The notes below the pieces were generated by a model. It was not told where the DNA came from, did not search any database, and worked only from the letters and a program-made list of their open reading frames with translations. This document shows, in pieces, positions 14,716-25,508 of a stretch of 64,000 nt of DNA. The DNA lies in assembly GCF_964204645.1 (NCBI RefSeq), contig NC_134034.1:6298914-6362913 (forward strand). The letters run 5' to 3'. Numbering within the stretch: position 1 is the first letter of the stretch; the number at the start of each line of letters is the position of its first letter. The stretch is from Tubulanus polymorphus. Lineage: Eukaryota > Animalia > Nemertea. The position numbers and the translations under genes were made by a program.

Positions 14716-16113
14716 CAGTCCACTTGGGACTTTAGTCCCAGCGGGCTATTGCGTTCACTTTTCGTCCATAGACGGAATCCAGTTATTTCGGGAAGTTTTG
14801 AAGACGATTCAAGGTAATGTCTTGATATTTGGTTTATACATGTATCTACCCTAGACACATCGCCAGCCCAAAACCTGGCCCTGTCAGATTCAAGATGGTC
14901 GACTGGCAGCCATTGTTGTTTGCCATAATCAGCACTTTTTAAACATTTTCGAAGTTTTTCGAGGGAAATTTTGAAGACGCTTTGATCAATTACCTTGATC
15001 TTTCGTTTATATTTGAATCTACCAAAGGCCCATCAGCATAAGAAAATTGGGTCGATCTGACTCAAGATGGCCGTCCTATGACCTTTTTAGTGCCCAAAAA
15101 TGTCAATTTTGGCCAGAATTATAGGTCCTGTAGCTTCCTACTGGTTTGCCATTTCTCATTGCAATTGCTGATGGGTATTCTTTAGAGAGGGATGTTTTAT
15201 ACCCGGGACAGGTATTTTGATCAGCCAATTATGACGCAATTGGCGGCCATCTTGGTGTCATCAGTACTCATTCGTAGGTGGGAAAAAGTTTTTCCACAAA
15301 TTATTGATACCTAAGCATATTGTGTTACTATATTCAATTGGAAAGTTGTAGCCCATAACGTGTTCTATGATTTTGGTGAGTTTCAAGGTCATTGGTTTTT
15401 GTATGTGGCCATCAGGGGGCGTTGAATAATACAATAACTTAGTATCGCTATATTATATTTGTACCAAGGCATATTTTGTTACCATGATCAATTGCAAAGT
15501 TGTAGTTCATGACATCGTCTATGATTGTGGTGAGTTTTTAAGGACATTAGTTATTCCATATAGTCACCAGGGGGCGTTGAATAGTAGAAAAGCTTAGTTT
15601 TTCCTTATTAGATTGGTACCTAGGCATAGTTTGTTACCATGATCCATTGTTAAGTTGTAGTTCATGACATCGTCTATGATTGTGGTGAGTTTTAAAGGAC
15701 ATTTGTTATTCCATATAGTCACCAGGGGGCGCTGAATAGTAGAATGGCTTAGTATTTCCTTATTAGATTGGTACCTAGGCATATTTTGTTACTATGATCA
15801 ATTGCAAAATTGTATTTCATGACATGTACTACGATTGTGGTGAGTTTTAAGGTCATTGGGTTTTACATATGGTCACCAGAGGGCGTTGAATAGTAGAATA
15901 ACTTAGTATTTCCATATTAAATTGGTAACGAGGCATATTTTGTTATCACAATCATTTACAAAATCATAGCTGCTCACATGTTCTATGATTGTGGTGGGTT
16001 TCAAGGTCATTGGTTTTTGTATATGGTCACTAGAGGGCGTTATGTATTGAAATTGTTAGATAGTTGCATTTGAAACCACTTCCCAAGTGAGCATGGTGTC
16101 CCTGGACCCCTAG
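14716..16113 (+). mobile_element. HINE family A, full-length copy (~1.4 kb)
   Basis: Both termini as in the 3634 copy. Removing it restores a satellite unit (GACAATTCTTTTT/TTGGTTTTGTCGCC). Confidence 0.8.
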
Positions 16114-16390
16114 TTTGGTTTTGTCGCCCGCGACAATTCATTATTTTGTTTTTGCCGTCCGCGACAATTCATTATTTTGGTTTTATCGCCCGCAACGATT
16201 CAATATTTTGGTTTTAACGCCCGCGACAATTCATTATTGTGGTTTTATCGCCCGCGACAATTCATTATTTTGGTTTTATCGCCCGCGACAATTCATTATT
16301 TTTGTTTTGTCACTCGTGACAATTCAATATTTTGGTTTTGTCACCCGCGACAATTCATAATTTTGGTTTTGTCGCCCGTGGTTTTGTCGG
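16114..16390 (+). repeat. 31-bp satellite array
   Basis: About 9 units. Confidence 0.95.
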
Positions 16391-18141
16391 AACATTAACT
16401 TTTTTGGTCGAACAGTGTGTTAAGGTCGTTTTGGAAATTTACTCGGTCTGGTATATTTTGGATTACTGTGTATGTCATTTGTCAGGTGATTAAACAGAAG
16501 ACGACTTAGGATACTACCTTGCGTGACTCCACTAGTTAGACCGTCTCATTCCAAGATGAGGCGTTCCGTTGATTTCGGTTACAAGTTTCCGTTCAGAGAT
16601 AACTGCTGAGCCATTTGGGCGACCTATCATTGATACTGTTTCCTAATAGCCTGTTTAGTAATGGCTGATGTCGAGCCTTGTCAAATGCTTTGTTGAAATC
16701 CACCGTTGAACAGGATTCTAAGACTGTGCAGAAAACCCGTTATCGCTGCTTTGCAGCTATATTTATTATTATTATTTTCTTCCACACTATTTTTACCAAA
16801 AGAACATAGGCTTTGTTACCTTACCGCTGTTTCATATACAATCCATATAATATCGTTCAGCTCATTGAGATCTACAAATAGCCTGCGTGTTTTTTCACGA
16901 ATCATCGTTACAAAAGCGCTGTCGGGCCGTAAACATCGAAAATTTAGCCCCATTCAATGGGGCGACATGTTTTTCGAGTCGTCATCCCGAAATCAACCCG
17001 CAGGCCGACTGTCACTTCGATTATCAATTCAAGCATAAATTAACAAATTTATTACCCACAGATTGCACATTCTGTCGCGGTTTTTTAAAAACTAATATCA
17101 ACAATAGCCCATTTTCCTCATCAAATCATATTACCGATACACTGGAAATTTACTACTTTAGATTTTAAAAGCACTGTCGAGCCGTAAACATCGACAAATC
17201 GACGTGTGTTACTACATCGTCGTTCCGGGGATCAGCTGCGAGTTTCTCCTCATCATGAGAATCAAATCGAGTACAAATTAATTTATTGCTACCAGTGATT
17301 TGGCTGCGGGTTTCAAGGAGTTAGTTTAACAATACCTATTTTTCTTTACCGAATTAACCGTGTATTTACTAAGATAAATCTTTAGTGTACCGGGGAATCG
17401 TAGGCCTAAACTAAACACGCCGAAGAGATATAGCGGAGAAAAGCTGTTATGTCGACGAGGTATCAAAATAAAAAAATATATTACTTTATTCGGCCGCGGG
17501 CTTCAACCTCTATATCAATACCATCAATACTCTATATTTCCTACAGTACATACCGATCATTGTCAAATGCACAAGCTATTTACTAAATACAAGTATATAA
17601 CACACTCCTTTCCGTATGCTGGACTCATACTTGACATTCGGAGTAAGCGTTCGCTGTGGGGGAAAGGAGATCGTTCGCTGTGTCGCTTGAAGTGTTTATC
17701 GAGTTTTACGCGCCTTTAGGCCTACCGGTACTGAGCTTTACTAAACACAGTATAATTATTGCGTTTATTAACGGACTCATTGGATTGAACTTCAAAACAA
17801 AATGTACGATATTTAGGTCGGTTGTTATTCAATGGGCCTACGACGCAATCCGTCCAGATTTTAGGCCTACGCATATACATAGGCCTACATAGGCTAGTAG
17901 CCTCTACTAGGTTTAAGCTAAGTTCACTGTAAAGGAGGAATCAAGATTTATTAAAATGCATGTTAATGAGTGATTAACTGCTTGTGACTTGCAACGATCA
18001 ATCACAATTATCAATTTTATTGCCAAAAATGAAGATTTTTTTGAAAATTTCGTCTGAGCAGACAGCTTTATAAGCCAGACTTTTCATTTGAGCTTTTCAG
18101 CATAAATGAAACTGGTATTTCATTAATTTCTTATGATTTAA

Positions 18142-18468
18142 GCAGGGCGTAGGTCGGCCTTGCGACGGCTTGTGATTCGCTGCGACGCCTATCACTGCGA
18201 CCGCCAGCGACGATTGTGTCGCAACGACTCATCGACCTACGCTCCCTTGCGACGGGTTGCGACTTTCAGCAACGCCAGTCACAAGGAGTCGCACGTGTTC
18301 TACTTTCTGCGACGCGACACGACTGTCACAACCAACCGACGCGCTCTTACGACTGGCAGAAACTAGTCGCACACAGTCGCTGACAATCGTATCGCAACCG
18401 ACTTGCACCGAAACTTGCGATGCAACGCGAAGATCGCATCCCGTCACAAGGCTGACCTACGTCCGGCC
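18142..18468. mobile_element. MITE with TTAA target duplication (Kolobok/T2-like)
   Basis: TTAA at 18138-18141 and 18469-18472. Imperfect TIRs G..GG.CGTAGGTC.GCCTTG.GACGG. GC-rich, largely self-complementary interior. Confidence 0.7.
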
Positions 18469-19489
18469 TTAAGTTACTGCGGAGCCCCAGAAATATCTTT
18501 TTTTTTTGTTCAAAAGACCTTTCGCTTGAAAATTCTTTTGTCGGAACAAAATTTATTTCGTTCCAACCAATAATATTCTGTTCGATTGAACCAATTCGAA
18601 AAAAACGTTAGAACAAAGTCGAACAAACTTTTTTTTGTCCAAACGAAAGGATTTTTGTTCGAACAATTGTTCGATTGAACAGAATCGTTTGAATTTGATC
18701 AGAATTTTCTTTTCAGAACATTAAGTTTTTCGTTGGAACAAGTATATTGGAAAAAGTTTTTTCTCCGAACCAAAAGTATGAAGTATTTTGTTCAATCGAA
18801 CAGAATTGTTTTCATTCAAACATTCGTTCGAAAAAATTGTTTTCGCTCAACCAAATTTTTTTGCCGGGACAAAAAGTTTTTCATTTCAACAATAACATAG
18901 CTTTCAGAATGAAGAAAAGTTTTGGTTCAAACGAAAAGCGTACAAGATTTTCTTGTCGGATCATTAAGTTTTTTGGTCGAACAGCGTGTTAAGGTCGTTT
19001 TGGAAATTTACTCGGTCTGGTATATTTTGGATTACTGAGCATGTCATTTGTCAGGACATTAAACAGAAGACGACTTAGGATACTACCTAGCGTGACTCGA
19101 CTAGTTAGAACGACTTAATCCAAGATGAAGCGTCCCGTTGATTTCGGCTACAGGTTTTCGTTCAGAGATAATGCTGAGCCATTTCGGCAACCTATCATTG
19201 ATACTGTTTGCTAATAGCCTTGTTTAGTAATGGCTGATGTTGTACCTTATTAAATGCTTTGTCAAAATCATAAAGAGTAATTATCGCCTAACAGTCGATT
19301 TTCCAGAGTCAAATAGGACATCTGGTTCAGTTGTCCATGATTTCAAGAAGGTCTAATTGACTGTTTGTCGAGGTTCCTCTTATAAAACTGTATTAACCAT
19401 TGAACAGGATTCAAAGACTGTGCCGAAAACCCGTTATCGCTGCTTTACAGCTATATTTTATTTTTAATTTTAATTTTTTTATTATATAA

Positions 19490-20945
19490 ATGGATGTAGA
19501 AGGTGGAGAAGATATTGGAATGGATACTTCTGATGAACCCGGCATAACTGAAGAACAACCGCCTGATTTTAATGAAAAAAGTTTTAATGACGGTAATGAG
19601 CCAGAATATAATAATAATTTAGCAGATAGTGGTTTTAATGATAATATAATATCAACAGGCGATTTTGATAGAAGAGCTGGACGGAGATTAAATATTGAAA
19701 ATGAAAATCCAGATTTTGTAAGTATAATTTAGAATATAATGAATATATAAATAATTTTAAACCTATATTTAAAAATCTGGATATAATATAAATGATAGAG
19801 GTGCCAGATATTTAGTACAAGAATTAAAATCTTTAGATGGTGATATTACTAACATTTGAAAGATGATAATTATATTAATATCACTTACAAAAATCAAATT
19901 AAAATATTAGCAGAATCAACTTTGAGTAATTTAGAATCATCTAGAATTAAAAGAATAAGTAATAGTAATGAAATAGAAAATGTTACCGACACAGAAATAA
20001 ATCAAAATAAAAGATATTTAAACAAAGAATTAATGAATTATTTGAAATAATCAAAAATAATTTAGAAACAGAAACTTCTGAACAGAATATAACTTCGAAA
20101 ACTAGTAAACTTAAATCAAATAAAGTTCCAATTGAAAAACTTTTACCGAATGGATTACTTGACGCAACAGAACACGAATTAGAAGAATTAGATATATTTT
20201 CTGATAAAGCAATTAGAGAAATTATTAGTATAAGACTTGCATCTGATAAAATTGCGCATGATAAAAGTATAAGAGATTTTAAAATTAGAACTTTAGAAAA
20301 AGATAGAACTTATAAAATCAAAGAAATAGAACAATTGGAATTAGATAAAGATAATAAAGGTATTGAAGAAATTGAATTTAAAAAAGAAATGCATATTAAG
20401 AAAAAGAAAAAGATGATTTAGAATATAACATGGAATTTCAGAAAGAAGAAATTAAATTATAAAAAAAACCATATGATTATAATATTAATAATAGATTAAA
20501 AGTTATTTTTAAAGACTTGTTGATAAAACCAAATTCTGAAATATCATTAAAAGATAGAATAAGATTATTAACTAAGTTAGAAGCTATAACAATTCTTTCA
20601 ATTCTAACAGCTGTAACTATGCTATTTACAACAATTGGTCTAGCTATTTCAAATTCATTAAAATCTACGCCTACACCCAATAAACCGGATAAACCTCCAA
20701 GTCATAAAAATTCTATACAAGATAAAGTTAAAGATTATTTTAAAAAATTAGCAAAATATCTATGGGAACTATCTAAAAAATCTGCTGCAGCTTTACCCGG
20801 AATTATTGCATCAATTATTGGTTTGTATTAAAATCTGCAGGAAATATTCTTAGTTTTGCTGCTGAACATATTATTTTATTTTTAATTACAATTGTTAGTG
20901 CTATTATTTATGGGTTAGTGAATATGATAAAAAATGTAAAATTAA
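19490..20945 (+). pseudogene. Polinton coiled-coil protein with C-terminal hydrophobic/amphipathic helices (putative membrane-active virion protein)
   Basis: Fragmented ORF. C-terminus SLKDRIRLL..ITILSILTAVTMLFTTIGLAI..KKLAKYLWELSKKSAAALPGIIASIIG..AEHIILFLITIVSAIIYGLV. From recall, this gene type precedes the MCP in marine invertebrate Polintons. Confidence 0.6.
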
Positions 20946-20961
20946 TTTTTTTGTTAAATAA

Positions 20962-22121
20962 ATGAGTGGGAGTTATATAAATCCTTCTAAGAATTCTAGA
21001 ATATCTAATGCTATTAAAGCAGAGAGATCTCATAATATAATTACTCATAATCCTTCTAATATTAATCCTGATGATACTTTATATGTTAGAATCCCGAGAT
21101 TAAATCAAAATACTTTTTATGTTCCAAATAGTATTTATTTGATATAAATGTAACTGGTGATAATAATAATTATGTTGTAGATAATGTTGGGAGATATTTG
21201 ATTAAAAAATTAACTATAAAGATTGGACCAGAAACAGTTTTTTCATTAGATGATTATAATTCATTTATGCATTATAAAGATTTATGGTTAACAAAAGAGA
21301 AATAATATGATATTTCAAGGCATCCAAACAGAAAACCATAATAAATTAAGATCAGAAGCTAATAATGCAATAATAACTAATGCTACAGATAATTTGATAA
21401 AAAAGATTTATGGAAGCAAATATAAAATTCCATTGGACTTTGAATTGATAAATAATAATGCCCCTTTATATATAAATACGCAATTCAAGAAGATATTATA
21501 TTCGAGATAACATTTGCTCCTGTTAATGAAATTGTGCTATCTAGCGTTGTTAAAGATATGGGATATAAATTATCGAATATATGTTTAGAACATGATACAG
21601 CAACTGATGAAAATATTTCAAGCATAATTCAAACTCAATACAATCAAGGATTTTCATTATTATATGATTAACTTGATACATTTAAAACTGTAACTATTAA
21701 AGCAAATGATGAAATAATTAATGAGATTATTAACTTCCCAAGAAGATCTATTAAAGGTATATTAATATTTCTTACCATTGCAACATATTCCAATGGTGCA
21801 ATAAATGTTGATAATTATTATAATCCTGAAATATCAAAGGTAGAAATAACTATTGAAGGTATAGCAAATATAATATTTTGTCAAGGAATGAGAATTGAAA
21901 AATCATCTGAAAATTGTAATATTAATCAAATTGATTATTATACCAGCAATAAATATGCATTATGGTTAGATTTAAGAACAACAGAGGATAATTCATTACA
22001 TGGTTCTGGGAAAAAATTACAGAACACTAAAGATGGAATACAATTATTCGAGAGAAAGAAAAAAGGAGACAAAAATTTCAAAATGCACATTTATATTATA
22101 TCTGATGCGAAATTAAATTAA
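20962..22121 (+). pseudogene. Major capsid protein (double jelly-roll, hexon-like), disrupted
   Basis: Motifs IITHNPSNINPDDTLYVRIPRL, NVGRYLIKKLTIKIG, YKDLW, INFPRRSIKGILIF and KYALWLDLRTTEDNSLHGSG match the invertebrate Polinton MCP pattern from memory. Frameshifts and internal deletions present. Confidence 0.75.
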
Positions 22122-22140
22122 CGCAATTAACGATATATAA

Positions 22141-23248
22141 ATGGGGGATAAAAAAAACTCGAAATACTAAAGAACAATATTTAAAAAATTTATATTATAA
22201 CCCTGAGAGTTCGGTTGCTTATTCTTCTACCAAAAATATATGACGTCAAGTAAAACAAGATAAATTAGATAAGATAATCCCACAAAATTTAGTTAAATAT
22301 AAAGATATAAATGATTTTATGTTAGAACAACCAACAAACACAACGCATAAAAAAATGTTAGAAAATATAAAACTCGTAAAACTATGGTAAGTTATGTAGA
22401 TCAACAGTGGCAAGGAGATTTAATTGATATGAAAAATGTTAAGAAAGATAATGATGATTATTGGTGGATATTGAATATAATTGATATTTTTAGTCGTTAT
22501 GTATGGAGCTTCCTACTTTATAGAAAAGATGCTGTACAAATATCAAATGTTTTAAGAAAATTTCTTTCAGGTGGTAAAATAAAGCCAAAAAAATACAATT
22601 TCATGATGGAAAAGAATTTGATAATTCATCTGTTCATGAACTCTTGGATTATCATAATATTAAATATTTTTCAACAAAGTCGGATAAAAAAGCAGCAGTT
22701 GTTGAACGATTTAATAGAACATTAACAACAAGAATGTGGAAATATTTTACAGCGAATAATACTTTTAAATGGATTGAGGTTTTACCAAAATTGATAGAAG
22801 GTTAAAATAATTCTTATCATTCTTCTATTGGAATGAAACTTGGTTGGAATAAATTGTTTTGAATAATTTATATGGAGCATTATTTGTAGATGATTTTGGT
22901 GAACCTAAATTTAAAGTTGGTCGAAATGTTAGAATTTCTAAGTATAAAAAGATATTTGACAAAGGATACGATAGTAATTTTACTAGAGAAATATATAAAA
23001 TAAAAAAGGTGATAACAACAAAACCATATGTCTATAAATTAGAAGATTTAGATGGTGAAGAAGTTGATGGCTACTTTTACGAAGAAGAATTAAGTTTAAC
23101 TACTGAAAATCTAGAACAAGAATATAAAATTGAAAAAGTATTAAAAACAAAAACTGTTAATAGAAAAAAATATTCTTTAGTAAAATGGGTTGGATGGCCA
23201 GATAAATTCAATGAACGGATATTATCGAGTAAAATTAAAAATATATAA
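22141..23248 (+). pseudogene. Polinton retroviral-like (RVE) integrase with C-terminal chromodomain, disrupted
   Basis: QWQGDLIDM, IIDIFSRYVW, KAAVVERFNRTL, PKFKVG..VRISK, chromodomain YKIEKVL..LVKWVGWPDKFN. Confidence 0.9.
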
Positions 23249-23836
23249 ATGAATAAGGAATTATTTATATTAGAGCCTCATAATATGTTAATTTCTGGTG
23301 TAACAAATTGTGGAAAAACTTATTATTTATAAAAACTATTTTGATAATATAGTATTATTTTGTCCAACGTATGAATTTAATCAAACTTATAATAGAAATA
23401 TTACTACAAATAATAAATTTATTGTATCATATCCTAAAACAGTTAAAGAAAATTTAGATAATTGTATTAAAATAGCAATTGATATTTATAAAGGATCAAA
23501 TACATTATTTATCATAGATGATTGTGCTAATTTACATGATTCAAAAATTAGAGAGAGAGTGAATTATGTTATTTAGCTTTCTCTGGAAGACATTTTGGGA
23601 TAACAACGTGGGTTTTAAATCAAAAATATAATTCAATTGTTAAAGATTTTAGAGAAAAAATTAGATTTTTAGTATTATTCTACAATAAAGATAGAAAATC
23701 GATGAAAAATGCGCTTGAGGAAAATGATATTATTCCACATGATTTACGTAATGAATATATGGATAAATTGAAAAATAACAAAAAATCAAAATTACTATTT
23801 CGATTACAACACCCATTTAAATATGAATTCATTTAA
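23249..23836 (+). pseudogene. A32/FtsK-type genome-packaging ATPase, disrupted
   Basis: Walker A GVTNCGKT, Walker B FIIDD, SGRHFGITTWVLNQ. Start ATG abuts the integrase stop (TAAATG). Confidence 0.88.
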
Positions 23837-24015
23837 ACTCAACTAGCTTGTTAATCTAGTATATTTTAGTCACATTCTAGTCAAATCTTAGTTATTCGTA
23901 GTTGAAACAAAAATCAAATAAATTTCAACAAGAAATAAACAAAAACAATAATATTTCGACTAGCTTGTTAATCTAGTATATTTTTAGATACATTCTAGTT
24001 AAATTCTAGTTGTAA
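23836..24015. repeat. Intergenic CTAG/GAATTC-rich imperfect repeat (degenerate copy)
   Basis: Two AACTAGCTTGTTAATCTAGT..ATTCTAGTT-like units; homologous to 57981-58256. Confidence 0.7.
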
Positions 24016-24039
24016 CAACACAATTTTTTTGTTATATAA

Positions 24040-24650
24040 ATGGGAGGCGAAAAGAAAAGAAAATCTAAAAAAGTGATGTTCCAATTGAAAACCTTTGGAT
24101 GATTTAGGTATAACAGAAACAAAATTAACACCAGATAATAATGGTGCTTTAAATGATATTACTACAAACAATAATTATGAATATTATCTTTATTGTAAAC
24201 ATCACTTAGAAATATTAATTGCATCTGGGAAATGTAAAAGTTTTATTAGTAAAAATTCAACTTACAATGAAATAGATACAATGAAATCAGATGAAATTAT
24301 TAGATTATTAAAGATTTATGAAACTGCATGAATAGCTAGAATTAATGATGCGATATCAGAAAATGTAGTAAAAGGTTATAGTAAATTATGTAAATATATG
24401 CTACCAATTCAAGATGAAAATAGATTATATTCCGATTTAAAAAATGATTATTTATTTATGAATGAATTTAATAAATGGATTGGATATTAATCATTTCAAT
24501 TAGGTGGATTTATGACATAATTATCAACTGGAGTCATAACATTTTCAAATATTGAAAGTAAAAATTTTTCTATAATAAATGAGCGAGGTGGAAGAAGTGA
24601 AGGAATTAACTGTGAAGAAAAAACCAAGATCACAGAAACAAATTGAATGG
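24040..24650 (+). pseudogene. Polinton conserved protein of unknown function (homologue of 58285-58890)
   Basis: Colinear with the intact copy at 58285; one frameshift and several stops. Confidence 0.75.
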
Positions 24651-24948
24651 TCTTGGCAATTAGGAATTAAATCGAGAGAATTTAAAAAAGCTATAAAAGA
24701 AAAAATAAATAATGAAAATGTTAATGATAATGATGAAAATATTTTTATTTCTACTCCTTCTGATAATATAATATTTGATAAATATTTATATTTCACCACT
24801 GGTTTTGTAATTGTATTCATTTTGATTGGGTGTAGTTGGTATAAAAAAATCAAATAACATTTATGTTATTAATAATTCTGAAACTACTACTATCAAAAAT
24901 GAAAATACTTCTGAAATTCCAAAATTTACAATAAAAGAAATGGATTAA
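24579..24948 (+). pseudogene. Small basic protein with C-terminal hydrophobic segment (homologue of 58823)
   Basis: MSEVEEVKELTVKKKPRSQKQIEW..FTTGFVIVFILIGCSW. Confidence 0.6.
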
Positions 24949-25097
24949 TATTTTAGAAAAAAAAGCAAAAAATAATTTCATTTTTAATTAATTGAATATC
25001 TCACTACCATTGTCTATCTATGCGGAGCAATTAAATTGTCCAGATAAGTCATTTCGGATTCTTAATATTTAATTAATTTCATTATCAATTTATTTTT

Positions 25098-25423
25098 TTA
25101 ATCAACAACTTCTAAATCATGATGCCCGTCTTTATCTTTCCCATGGTAAATTATTTTAAATCCTTCTAAATCTTTTAATTCCTCTGTACTCAATGCAACC
25201 CATTTATCAGGTAAAAATACTTTAAATTCTCTCGTTGTACTAACATTACAGTAACTTAAATTTGCTGATACTTTCTCTCCATATTTAGTTTTTATATTTT
25301 CTAATTTCAATATTTTGTGTTCAATTTCTTTTGTAACATCGACTAACTTTTTTATTTCAAATTGTTTTTTGCTGGTTTTATTTTGTTATTTATTGTTGCT
25401 AAGAATGCTTTTCTATCTCCCAT
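25098..25423 (-). pseudogene. Terminal small Polinton protein (one frameshift); fold unknown, possibly OB-fold ssDNA-binding
   Basis: Starts at TAATAAATG (25423). KYGEKV..FKVFLPDKW..IIYHGKDKDGHHDLEV. Homologous to 31686-32027. Confidence 0.6.
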
Positions 25424-25508
25424 TTATTAAAAGAAAAAATTACTTGTGGTGATGAGTGGTGTGTCGCCCTCTCGCCCTCTGGTATGGAAACGTCATTTTC
25501 CAATTACT
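25421..25508 (-). repeat. Polinton right terminal inverted repeat (internally collapsed)
   Basis: Reverse complement AGTAATTGGAAAATGACG..GAGAGGGCGACACACCACTCATCACCACAAGTAATTTTTT..TAAATG aligns to 50941-51000 plus 51242-51280. Confidence 0.8.

Larger units (their letters stand above)
1..19456 (+). mobile_element. Head-to-tail array of non-autonomous Helentron-associated (HINE/DINE-1-like) elements, family B, carrying the 31-bp satellite internally
   Basis: 5' ends ATTAGGGTTTTCTG..CAGAAAACCCTATTG followed by (TTA)n at ~5693 and ~11634/11687. 3' ends CAGAAAACCC-GTTATC-GCTGCtttGCAGC-TATATTT (subTIR plus stem-loop, then T-run) at ~5690, 9430, 16762 and 19456. Unique ~1-1.4 kb blocks repeat near-identically (5740-6780, 9430-10770, 16763-17900). 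A 3' end abuts the next 5' end at 5690/5693. Confidence 0.7.
19470..25508 (+). mobile_element. Polinton/Maverick (adintovirus-like) endogenous virus, right-hand fragment, decayed
   Basis: Abrupt AT-rich, intronless, gene-dense block: membrane protein, MCP, integrase, ATPase, two small ORFs, one opposite-strand ORF, then TIR ending ...AATTACT at 25508. Many stops and frameshifts. Confidence 0.9.

Noticed and set aside
1-16390. CRISPR array (31-bp palindromic repeats)
   Set aside because: Units are directly adjacent with no unique spacers, no cas genes are present, and the context is eukaryotic.
182-16398. Dozens of VLSPATIHYFGF/ARDNSLFWF ORFs
   Set aside because: Translations of the 31-bp satellite, which is mostly stop-free on the + strand and cycles through all three frames.
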